A stretch of 64,000 bases of DNA from Vermamoeba vermiformis (taxonomy: Eukaryota): contig JBEWZL010000239.1 of the NCBI GenBank assembly GCA_045837725.1, positions 496,001-560,000 on the forward strand. The letters run 5' to 3'. Position numbers and translations under genes: made by a program. Of this stretch, positions 53,940-64,000 are shown in pieces (within the stretch, counting starts at the first letter, position 1; the number at the start of each line of letters is the position of its first letter). Below the pieces are notes generated by a model that saw only the letters and a list, made by a program, of their open reading frames with translations, ran no database searches and had not been told where the DNA came from.

Positions 53940-54565
53940 CTTTCAGACAATAAGGCCGTCGTCAGTTCCGCTCGCCTCGTTTTCATTCCTCTAACCACTT
54001 CATAACTCTCGACCACAAGAGGCACCCTCATCCGCCACGCCATGACGTAACGGTTGTCGATCTTGTTGTCCTCTCGCACGGCGGCGTTCGCTGCATCCTT
54101 GTGCTTGGTAAGCTCACTTTTCCTTTCAATACCTTTCTATAATTCCGAAATTTTGGTTTGGATGATGTTCAAATGCATAGTTCAACTGAATTACCAAGCG
54201 TGATTATCATTTCTTTCGCTCCTATCTGACCAATCCAAAATTTTAAAAAAATTCTAAAAATCCCTTCTTACATATCAGCAAGCCTCTTACTAATGTATGT
54301 TTATTTCTTGAAGGAATCGTATTTTTACGATGCTACCACATGAGCACCCGAGTCAAATCCCGTGAGGTAAATATCTTCTTATGAAACCCTATTGCACCCA
54401 AGCCTTGTGCCGATAATCCTCACATTTTCGGTCACACCGTTCAAGGTGCATATATTCTCTTATTTATTTCCATTTAATTTTGCAACCGCTGATCGTTCTT
54501 GCAGATCCAGCTTTGCCTGATCAAACGACTCTTGTGCAGTTATCTGAAGCTTTTCCAATAAACAG
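53940..54565 (+). ncRNA. Putative spliced non-coding snoRNA host transcript (5' end approximate)
   Basis: Plus-strand donors near 54107 (GTAAGC) and 54367 (GTAAAT), acceptors near 54313 and 54504, AATAAA at 54557-54562; only tiny ORFs in the exons. Confidence 0.6.
54157..54234 (+). ncRNA. Box C/D snoRNA, snR60/U80(SNORD80)-like, dual guide for LSU rRNA
   Basis: Box C ATGATGT 54162, D' CTGA 54186, C' GTGATTA 54200, D CTGA 54226, terminal stem ttttggtttgg/ccaatccaaaa. Guides GCATAGTTCA and TCTTTCGCTCCTAT are complementary to the conserved LSU rRNA segments UGAACUAUGC and AUAGG(G)GCGAAAGA. Confidence 0.88.
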
Positions 54566-54592
54566 TATTTTACTTCATTATCTGTACATGTC

Positions 54593-57500
54593 TTAGTCTT
54601 CCATCTTCTCTTCGGCGGCCGTTGGCTCTTCATCCCGCTTCTCCTGTTGCGGGGTCGAGCTTTCGACTAGAGACTCGTTAAGCGCATCTTCCTTGTCCTT
54701 AGGCTCCGCATTATTAACATTAACGTTATTGTTATTATTGTTGCCGTCACTCAAGGGTGTTGAAGGAGCAATACGCTTGGTCGGCGAGAGTTGCTTTGGA
54801 TCGCGGATGCGCTGCTCACGATTGAAGGCGCTGTTGAGAGCCGCATCGTCACGACGACCGAATACTGGTGTTTGTGTAGCAGAAGCAGAACCTCCTGTGC
54901 GAACTTGAGATAGTTCAGCTTCCCGCTTGGAGATCTGATCGAGCGCCTCTTTGTACTTGACGACTAATCGTTGAATAGACTTGTTCGTGCTCATAATAGG
55001 GAGCAAGTCTTTCAACAACTTCCTCTTATCGAGACCCTGTTAGAAAACGATTAGCACTGGCTCTAAACTTAAATCCTTAGGGCACGCACCAAAATTGTCG
55101 TGTTCCACTCGCCACTTTGTACTGGACGGGCACTGGTCTGGTGTGCGGGATAGACCCTGTAATGCGTTAGTATCAAGAATAATGTGCACCAGTAGATTGT
55201 CGTACTTGTGAATAGGTCCGCGCAGGTCGTGACACACCTCTTCTAGTCGCAGTGTGTTGCCGTCTTCAGACAACTTGCGCACGTAAGCTTTGAGCCACTC
55301 TTTGAACTCGCTGACCGAGTTGAGTGCAATAGCCGAGGCCATCATATTTTCAAGGTGAGCCAAGGTCTCAGCGGATTGGTCGCGCGAGTCAAGGTGCAAC
55401 ATTTCAGTCGGTAACATGCGCACTTTCTTCTGTGCCGCTACTTGTAATCGACTGAGCAAGCCACGAGGACTAATGCGATTGGCTTCGACAATTGAATTGA
55501 ACAGACTCGTTGTGAAGGACTTGTCGGCAATGCGGACCCAAGTCTTCATGGAGGAGTGGTACGTGAATGACTCGCCGCTGGACATGCTGACAATGCACTG
55601 ACCAGTCTCGCTGACTTGTGTGCTCTCAATGGTCACCGTGCCTGATAATAAAGACGCTACTGAGCCTGTCATTTCCAGTGCTTGCTGTTGAATGTTCCAA
55701 ATAGTCACGCTACAATCTGTGCAGATCGCCATCAAATGTGATGTCTGATTGACTTCCAAATACGCTGCTTGGCTGTTCAACATGATGCACGGTAGCAGCT
55801 GTGGTCAAAGTTAATATACGCACAAAATATACTCCAAGAACGTACCCTTCTGCCCGCAGGTGAAAATACGTAAAGCGAATTATCTCGGCAAGCTACTGCA
55901 GCAAAGTTCTTATTTCCCGCTGCGAGACTGGCCTTGCCCTTGATAACATCACGCCACCGTACGTTACTGACGTCCTTTTCTTCGCTGTTATTGCGACCAA
56001 CGACGTAACTGACAGCTGTCACCATCTCTTTTTCGTGCTCCGATGATGTGGCCTCGATGAAGGCGTCCATTGGTTGACCATTGTCGTTGAATACGAGGAG
56101 TTGTTTGACAATTGCGTCTTGTTCGACAGGAGCAGGAAGTGTCGGGCCAACAATGCGTGTCGCTGCTCGTTTGCCTGGAGGTGACTTCTCGCTCTCCTCG
56201 ACGCGCTTTGACTTGCCCGTCTTCGCTTTCTTCTTTGCTCTGTTCTCTTCCTCTTCTTCCTCAGCTGGACGCTTCCTCTTCTTTTCTTTTTTCTTCTCGG
56301 TTGTTTTGTCTCCCTCCCCTGCTTTGTCTTTATTTTCTTCCTCAGTGGGCTGTGCGGTGATATCAATTGAGCTAATTGTCACTGTCCCAGTCTCTTGTAC
56401 TGTGGTTGTGGTAGCTGCACTTGGTGTTGCTTCGGTTGGCTTTTGAACTGTTTCAGAAACAGATGTAGTGGTAACTTGAGTTGCGGAGGTTTGTGTCGTT
56501 GCATTGGTAGGCGGAGGTGACGACACTGTGGTTGGTTGAGAGAACTGCGCGGGCGCTGCGACCGCTCCTTGACCCAAAAACTGAGGAACGATTCTTCGTT
56601 TGCCGCTCGGTAATCGAGTCTCGGATTGAGGTCTATTTAATGGCGGCAGTGGCTGTGCTGGTTGTGCCGGAATAACAGCTTGCAGAGAATTCGATGAAGT
56701 CTGTAGCAAACCCTGACTGGATTCACGCTCGAGTGCCATTAAACTCGGATCTTCTAACAGAGTCTGCGAACTTGCTGCTTTCACTGAGTCGCCGTACTGT
56801 TTTCGCAACATCTCGTCTACTTCCATTTGGGACAAGGTTTCGCCCAATTCGTCTTTGTTGAACTGAATCATAGCTATCGTGCCGTCGGAGGAACAGGCCA
56901 ATAAGACGTAACCATCGGCAGTCCTAAATCGGATTAGACCGTGTAACAAGGTTGTATATATCTAATGCTTACCAGGCCAAGTCCAATACACTTTGAGTAA
57001 ATAAGTTTTTGAAAACAACGACAGGTCTGTACGCCTTCGTCAGCCAAATTGAAATTAAATAATCTTGACTGGCAACGGCACAGCAAAAGAATTGACCTTC
57101 ATCGTGCCTTCTAAATACTCGAGGGCTGAATTTCTAGTGCACAATAGTTAGCGAGATTGCAACGTCAATTGGTTACATACCGTGCAAGTAACGCTCAATG
57201 AGTGGCCAACAAAATCTTTATCTCCCTGCCATTTACCGCCTCTAGGAATAATAGGCGCGACAAATCTTCCTTTCTTGACACCACCCGCTGCAACAACGAA
57301 TTGTCCATCAGGTGACCAACTAAATAAAAGATAAGTAAAATATCGATAATTAATATAATAGAGCGCGTACGCAGGACGTTTGTAAAATGTGTTGTGTGGG
57401 GCTTTTCTGAACGGCTTTGTAATTCTGAAATCTTCTTTGTAATCGCTCATTCGCCAAACAATTGCCGATCGATCATCAGACTGCAGCATGATTAATTTTC

Positions 57501-58343
57501 GGTTATTTCGAGCGTTATATACATACTTGAGAGAACAAATATCGTCCGATAGGATCCCATGCAATTCCTTTAACAATACCATCGTGACCAGAAAGTTTCG
57601 CAAGAATGGCTGTAAATAGGTTAGTGCCTGTGCTTGATGTAACCGATCTATTTACGACTTACTACTCGTCATCACATTCCAAATAATTACTTTGTTATCT
57701 ACACCGCATGACGCTACTCGAGTGCCATCAGGAGACCAACAAAGGTCTGTTACGTCTGTTGTACTGGTTATAATCGATCCTTTCGTATATTTATGTTGTA
57801 AACTCACCAGCTTCATGACCGCGCATTACACATTTGACTCCCCAGTTCTCTACGTTCCTCTCCTTCACTCCGAATATCTGTCCTCCTCCTTGCGACTTCA
57901 TTTCCCAAATTATGATACTTTTGTCATCTGAAGCGCTTGCTAAATACATGCCAGATGGTGACCATCTCACGCAATTAACGGCTGCTATATGATTGGTCAT
58001 GGTGCATAGAAGTTGTGGCGAGGTATCAGAACGATCTATGACGCACGCCAAACTCCATATTTTAACTTTATTATCTATAAAATAATAAAATAATATTAGA
58101 ACTGATTTTCTTATTGAACAGCATTTTTAAAAAATTAATCTGCATTATTTTTAAAAATTATTTTGTGTTTTCTGAGCTACCAAACGTTACCTCCACCACC
58201 AGTGGCAAATCTCTTTCCAGAAGGGTGCGCATCTATACTCCAAATTGGATATCCTGCAAAGAATCAGTGTCACTGAAGTTGTCACATTTGGGCTTGATCT
58301 TACCATCGTGAGACACCCAGTCAGGTTTATCTGCCTTAACCAT
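54593..58343 (-). CDS. HIRA: Histone chaperone HIRA (WD40 + B motif + Hira domain)
   Basis: MVKADKPDWVSHD; HPSGKRFATGGGDNKVKIW; MTNHIAAVNCVRWSPSG; B-motif ETRLPSGKRRIVPQFL; C-terminal TLAHLENMMASA...WLKAYVRKLSEDG..RLEEVCHDLRGP. Confidence 0.95.
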
Positions 58344-58489
58344 TGTAAAGCGGAACTTATAGGAACGGTATGTTAGCCAACCGAAATCGAACTTCGAGAG
58401 CCACAAACAAAATAAAGATGCCAAAAATAAAAGCGCGGGCAGAAATAGGTGACCCCTGAAATTTCGCATGTCAGTACGAAACCGGAGTC

Positions 58490-58730
58490 ACTCCAATGAG
58501 CAGAGATCAATCAGCGACTTTAGTCTAATACTACCCGTATGCCTAAGGTACCGTTTCCCAGCCGTTTGTTCGATTCGTAAGGTTGTGTATCTTAAAATCC
58601 AGAAGACGAAATTTTGGACCAATCAGGAGCGAGCAATAAGTATTTAAACTTGCCCTGGTAATTTGACCGTTTTTTTTTCAAATATAAATAAGTGAACAAC
58701 ACTCGCTGTTCATTTTAATCAATTTCAACT
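58490..58730 (+). promoter_or_regulatory. Divergent HIRA / H2A.Z promoter region with CCAAT boxes and TATA-like elements
   Basis: CCAAT at 58493 and 58619; TATTTAAA at 58641 and TATAAATA at 58683; lies between the divergent start codons. Confidence 0.6.
58611..58729 (+). repeat. 119-bp dispersed duplicate (copy B) in the H2A.Z upstream region
   Basis: 116 of 119 nt identical to 50544-50662. Confidence 0.95.
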
Positions 58731-58946
58731 GTTGTTTTAACAACTACCCGTTACACTAAACTCTTTTAATCGTAAGTACATCTAGCTTCTGAACTTGGTT
58801 TGAGAGGGTCACGTACCTCCTACTTTGCTAAAACTACTGGTTGGCAAAGTAGCAGTGCGCTATTCTTCAACCAAGCTCCAAGCTCGCGGTGATCTTCGTC
58901 GCCGATACTCGCCTGACCTCATAGAACTAACTTGCTATGCTTACAG

Positions 58947-59522
58947 ATGTCTGACGAAGGTAAACAAAAGTCATCTAAGGGCAAGAAGGCCCCCGCTTCC
59001 GCTCTCTCTGGCGGTCGTCCTCAATCTCGTTCTCAAAGAGCCGGTCTTCAGGTATGTTGCCTCATCATTAGTAATTGACTTAAAATTTTTCAAAAAACGA
59101 AATAAATTGGTGCTGATATGTTTCTTTCGGGCTATTCTGTTCTCGGGACTTGCCATCCTCGAGTTGTTGCGGCAGATTACTGATTCGACTTTGTTTTACA
59201 GTTCCCTGTCGGTCGTATTCACCGCTTCTTGAAGGACCGCTCTCACGCTGGTGGTCGTGTCGGTGCTACCGCCGCCGTCTACAGCGCAGCTATCTTGGAA
59301 TACTTGACTGCCGAAGTTCTTGAGTTGGCTGGTAATGCCGCCAAGGATCTTAAGGTGCGTCGTATTACTCCTCGTCACTTGTTGTTGGCTATCCGACAAG
59401 ACGAAGAGTTGGATCAATTGGTAAAGGCTACCATCGCTGGAGGTGGTGTCATCCCCCACATCCACAAGTCGTTGGTCACCGGCAAGAAAGGAAAGAACGA
59501 GAAGCCTGGTAGCAACGAATAA
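58947..59522 (+). CDS. H2AZ: Histone variant H2A.Z (one coding intron plus a 5'-UTR intron)
   Basis: [20 protein letters not shown]...[43 protein letters not shown]...[25 protein letters not shown] (H2A.Z-diagnostic residues). Confidence 0.96.
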
Positions 59523-59840
59523 ATCCTTCTTGACCGATGCACCCTCTACCAATTCCCAATCCCCGTTTTGCCTCCCGTTTGTAATTTATCGACGACGCAA
59601 TCTATCGAAAAAGACAAAAACACTTCCCTTCCCTTGTATACCCGCCTAAACTATGTAAAAAGATTGAATAAAGAGTTTATAATATAAACCCTTCTAGTTC
59701 CTCTCTCTCTCTTACCCAACTAGCCGTTGCAAGAATGGCGCGAAGTACTTTTGGTCAGACCCTGACCCTAAATTAACCGTGTTCTTGTGTATTGCACATT
59801 TGATCTCTCTATTAGCTACTATTTGAAGCACAGTTGGTAA

Positions 59841-60411
59841 ATGGAGCCAGATAAACAACAGCAGCTTAAACAACCGCTCCTCCAAGACGAAGATCCAGAT
59901 GAAGCTATCATTCGCCAGAGAAATGAGGAAATGCGACGACTTGGTACGTGCAAGCATTTAATATCTATTTACAATAGTTCAACTAAACGTGCTCGTACTA
60001 TTAACGGTTCGCACAATTTCAAGTAACATTGGTCTTCTAGATCGTTCTCTCAATTTTAAACAAGATAAAAATTAATATTGCATTTTTAGTCGATGATTTG
60101 GGTGATTTAAGAGAGATTGCCGCAGAAATTAGCGTTAGAATTGGCGATCAAGGCCAGGACATTAAACAAATTGATACAACCGTAAGTTCTACCAATGAGC
60201 AAGTTATCAAGGCTGTCGAAGAAACTAAGAAGGTAATTATCAAAATAATATTAGCGTTGTTCCCACCGAAAGTTAAATTTAACCTGATCTGCAGGCTTCA
60301 AAATACCAAGCTGCTGCACGCAAGAAGATTGCTATTATCGTTTCTATCTGCATAGCCATATTAGCTGTAGTAGTTACTTTGATTGTTCTTGGTGCTCTAG
60401 GCAAACTCTAA
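59841..60411 (+). CDS. Short syntaxin-like (Qa-type) SNARE with C-terminal TM anchor
   Basis: IIRQRNEEMRRL-VDDLGDLREIAAEISVRIGDQGQDIKQIDTTV...ETKK-ASKYQAAARKK, then a TM segment; resembles the syntaxin-7/12 SNARE motif. Confidence 0.8.
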
Positions 60412-60602
60412 GTGCTGGCATCTGTATTGACAAGTTCCGCTTGAGCGTTATTACGTAATAGTAATGCGCTAATGTTTTATATAGCCCTTATGTCTATGTT
60501 AATAAATTTGTACAAATACTTATGACGGAGGTTGTGCTAGCAGCTGCTCTGTGTTCAATTTCGTTAAACAATTCTAAATTGCTTGTGAGAAGCACGCACC
60601 AA

Positions 60603-61445
60603 ATGATGAAATATGTTTGGCTTATCATATTACTTTTCTCTCTCTTTAGTAGAGTGCGTAACGATTTAGAGAGCAGAGATCAAAAACCATCTGTAGATGC
60701 AATTGCTGAGACGACGGAAAATGGTGAGAGATATTTTATTATGATCAACATAATTAATCATGAGATACGGCCGAGCCAAGACGTATTTTATGCCCATACA
60801 GAATTTTAAATTATTTTTTCGCGTTGACACTGACTTCCCTTCAAGCCACAGCCAGCAGAATAGTTGAAATCAATGACAAACAAGTAAAACCATTGCTATT
60901 GAGTTCTAAAGGCATAGTAGTACTATTGGTAAGTGTAGTGCAATGTCCGTGACCTCCGTGCTGACTCAGAGGCAGGTGTATGCTCCGGATTGTCCGTTCA
61001 GCAATTCGATGACAAGCATTATGGAGACTATATCGCGAGCATATCCATCAGTAGTCATGTACAAGATGGATTGCTTCGCTCAGCCTGCATCTAACTTCCG
61101 GTTTGGCGTGTTTGGTGTGCCCACAGTGATCGTGTTGAACAACGGCAAAGAGGTCTCGCGATTCAAAGGCGAGCACAGCGAATCAGCAGTGGCGAGATTC
61201 ATTCGCGAGCACACTCGTAAGTAGCTGTTAAGGTGTGTAAACACAGCTAATACCGACCTGCAGAAATCGAGCCCGTTGAAGGCAGCACATTCAGCCACGA
61301 AGTGAATGTGATTGGTCCGCGCAAATTGAAGCTGTTTGAGCGCATGTTCATTGGCGTGTCAGGACTGTTCTGCGGCTACTTGTTGTTCAGTGCCCTGAAA
61401 CAAGTCATTGTCAATCGTCATCAGGCGGAGCATCAGCAGCGTTGA
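60603..61445 (+). CDS. Thioredoxin-domain membrane protein with CxxS (TXNDC15-like)
   Basis: Signal peptide; VYAPDCPFS; RFGVFGVPTVIVLNNGKEVSRFKG; C-terminal hydrophobic segment. Confidence 0.7.
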
Positions 61446-61593
61446 ACGAATGTCTTTTGGCACGAGAAAGTACTTTCGGATGAGGGGCAGTTACAACGAG
61501 AGTTTGCAGTCGCAGTGCGATGTCACAAGAGGAGCAGATCTGCTCGGTGCTTATGTGAGGACTATAGAACAAGTTTATTTTCAGAATAAATCA

Positions 61594-63537
61594 CTAAGGT
61601 GACTTTGGCACATTCTTCTTCGTCTTCCAAATGATGACTAAGCCTGTAGCATCGGCTGTAGCCAACAGACTCTCATCGTAGTCCCAGTCCACGGCTGTAA
61701 CAGTGCCACCGTGACCTTGCAACTGATTGACTAGTGTCATCGATTCACCTGCTTCACTGGCAGGCAATGTGGCTTCAACTTTGTTGTTCTTATCGCGCGG
61801 TGTCGTCGGAGGGTTTCCAGTCAAGAGAGCAGGGTAAGCAACAATGAGCACACTGCCTGGCTCGCTGCCTGACACAATGCAGCCCACTGTGCGGTTTGAA
61901 ATCGCTGGACAGAAGCAGCTGCGTACGTTGGCTGTTTGATTTTTGACTACAAAGTGCGAACGTGGTTCCAATGTGAGCGAGGTCTTGTTGAGGTTGTCAG
62001 TGGCTTGCACATTATTCGTGTCTATCAGACGGAACAGACGCATTGAATTGTCGTTGGCACTGATGAGCACTGCAGGCCATTCAGCACTCGACATGGCTGT
62101 GTGGAACTCTCTGAAGGCAATCGAGTTGATCGACTTGCCTTTTGTTTCAATAATCTTCTTTTGTCCTCGCCAATGGAACTCGACGAGGTCGTATTCGTAC
62201 CAGCGAACAAAGCCTTCAGAGTCACCCAAGAACATGAGATCGCCGTGTGTGTTGAATGTAATGCACTTGACTACTGCGCCAATGGAGATTGTTTGCAGTA
62301 ATTTGCCTGTGCTCGAGTTGTACACTTTCACCACTCCACGTCCATTGCCAGTGACAATGGCATTATTGTTTTCAGGGTGAAATCTGCAACAGTGAATCGG
62401 TGCGTCATCAGTTATCGTGCGAATTAATTTGCCGGTCTTTGTGTCCCAAATGCGCAGTGTTTTGTCGGTCGAGACTGACGCGATCGAGTCATTCAATTGC
62501 GACCAGTCAATGTCTGAGAGGTGTTAGTACTCGGTATTAACCCTGCACATTAAGTGCGTACCTAGCACTGCTTCAGAGTGACCAAACAAGGTCAACAGGA
62601 CGCGTGGCGGGTCTGACATGAGTGACGCAATTGAGACTGTGTGGTCTTGTGAGGCCATGGCAAACAGATCTTTGCTCTTGTTGGCGAATTTGACAGTGGT
62701 GACTGATTGACACGTGTCAGTGTGATTGGTGCGGTCGAATGGACAGTTACTCACCTGCATTGGTGTGGTGCGCGAAGATGTGGTGCATGCCCGCAAAAGC
62801 ATATGCCTCGTTGACTTTTTGCGTGCCAGTGACCGGATCTAACTTCATCGGAGACTTGGGTGTGTCTGACTTCTTTTCTTTCTGTTATATAACACCAATT
62901 CAGTTTACGGTTTTACAGGCGAATTTCTGTGCGGTACACATCCGAGGTTTATTTCACTTACCTTCAATTTGTCTGCGTTCCTGCAATTAAAAAATTAGAA
63001 TATTGCATAAAGGTGAACGATGGTCATATTTAACATCAAATATTAGCTTCGTTCATTAATTTTGTGTGGATTAACTTACTCCAGGTTCAGTGTTTTGTTT
63101 CGTTGCGGGTAATATGCATTTAATATTTTTTCTCTCAGTAATAGATAATCTCCTCGGCGGTCATTTGGTTTCTAATGCGTATAATACGTTAATAATATTT
63201 AAAATGGAATTGAATTAATTTCACGAGTGGATCTTATAGCACCCCAATTTAATATTGCAAAAGTAAGCGTGATAATTACCCGAGCAATTAATTCTTTGGC
63301 CTTCACTTTGTTGGTTAATAATAATTTGCGACACTTGACGTAGTGACTTTCACCGCCTGGCTTATCTTCCGCTTTAATAGGTGGTCTGTAAATAGCAAAT
63401 GAATCGTCCATAGTAACAATTTCTCGATATAATTCTGGCGCCACTTCAGCAGTGACCCTTGTACTCGAATCCGACGCCTGCACGTTAGTCGTTAATTAGC
63501 TTTGTACCGAGTAAACCGCTCAATGTGTACATACCAT
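61594..63537 (-). CDS. WDR13: WD-repeat protein 13
   Basis: EAYAFAGMHHIF; VKFAN; CCRFHPENNN; VRSCFCP; CIVSGSE; VNQLQGHGGTVTAVDWDYDESLLATADATGLVIIWK. ATG is followed directly by an intron. Confidence 0.85.
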
Positions 63538-63647
63538 TGTGTTGTTTGTATAATAGGTGATATTCAATGTCAGCCAAAATGCTGTCGAAATTTATTTGAA
63601 AAACTTCACCAGAACAATTCGGGATCAGTAGACGATTTATTGAGGAC

Positions 63648-64000
63648 CTAGTCAAACAATGAGGCACTCTCTTGACTACGTGAAGCTACACCTAACAAGA
63701 AGTGGTAGAACATGAAAGTGACTAATTTGGCAGTGCGATAACCTTCAATTTGTGGGTTGAATTCGCTCATATCGAACAGTTTAACCTAATAAGCAAATAA
63801 TATTAATATTTACGCCGCTCTATGTTTGGGGTATATAGTGGTACATACTTGTGGTGTCTTGCCGGCAATGTAACAGATGTCAAAGGCTTCTTGTGCTGTC
63901 AGTCCCACATTGGCTGGTGCGCTAACTCCCTACATGTGACACGTGTCAAACAAGGACCTGTACAAAGCGAGCCGGTGATTAGATTCAAGTACTTACCGGG
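63648..64000 (-). CDS. 3' end of an arginase/ureohydrolase-family enzyme (formimidoylglutamase-like), partial
   Basis: Spliced: P-GVSAPANVGLTAQEAFDICYIAGKTPQ-VKLFDMSEFNPQIEGYRTAKLVTFMFYHFLLGVASR...*; PGVS.P and D..E.NP are ureohydrolase motifs. Confidence 0.8.

Noticed and set aside
53858-54079. 73-aa minus-strand ORF
   Set aside because: Non-ATG start and no motif; splice signals and the snoRNA indicate plus-strand non-coding transcription.
63485-63667. 60-aa ORF as a possible WDR13 exon
   Set aside because: The interval is the 3' end/UTR of the arginase-family gene; WDR13 starts at the ATG at 63537, followed by an intron.
1-64000. tRNA/rRNA genes, CRISPR arrays, transposase or reverse-transcriptase genes
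   Set aside because: None recognisable by eye; tRNAscan/Infernal would be needed to exclude small RNAs fully.

Overview
Gene-dense eukaryotic genomic DNA with many short GT-AG introns (mostly ~40-70 nt) and frequent head-to-head gene pairs. It is probably from an amoebozoan-like protist, inferred from a ComC-type supersandwich surface protein, a TRAF zinc-finger expansion and poly-Asn tracts. I spliced about 28 protein-coding genes by eye. Recognisable genes are SPCS1, RPS13, a GH39 glycosidase, heme oxygenase, a USP9/24/34-type deubiquitinase, SPO11, PIGA, CIAO2B, ATG6/Beclin, TSEN15, LAMTOR2, HIRA, H2A.Z, WDR13 and the 3' end of an arginase-family gene. The most notable observations are: (1) two paralogous, very small secreted His-brace (LPMO-like) proteins; (2) a tandem trio of LOTUS/OST-HTH-like + RING + TRAF-zinc-finger proteins next to SPO11; (3) a Ras-like pseudoGTPase fused to a NEK-like kinase; (4) a spliced non-coding host gene carrying a snR60/U80-type box C/D snoRNA; (5) a 119-bp near-identical copy of the H2A.Z promoter region inside an ATG6 intron; (6) a SAM + P-loop NTPase + REase-like (Crinkler-type) gene; (7) a FYVE-BAG fusion. 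All domain calls come from motif recognition, not database searches, and exon boundaries are manual.
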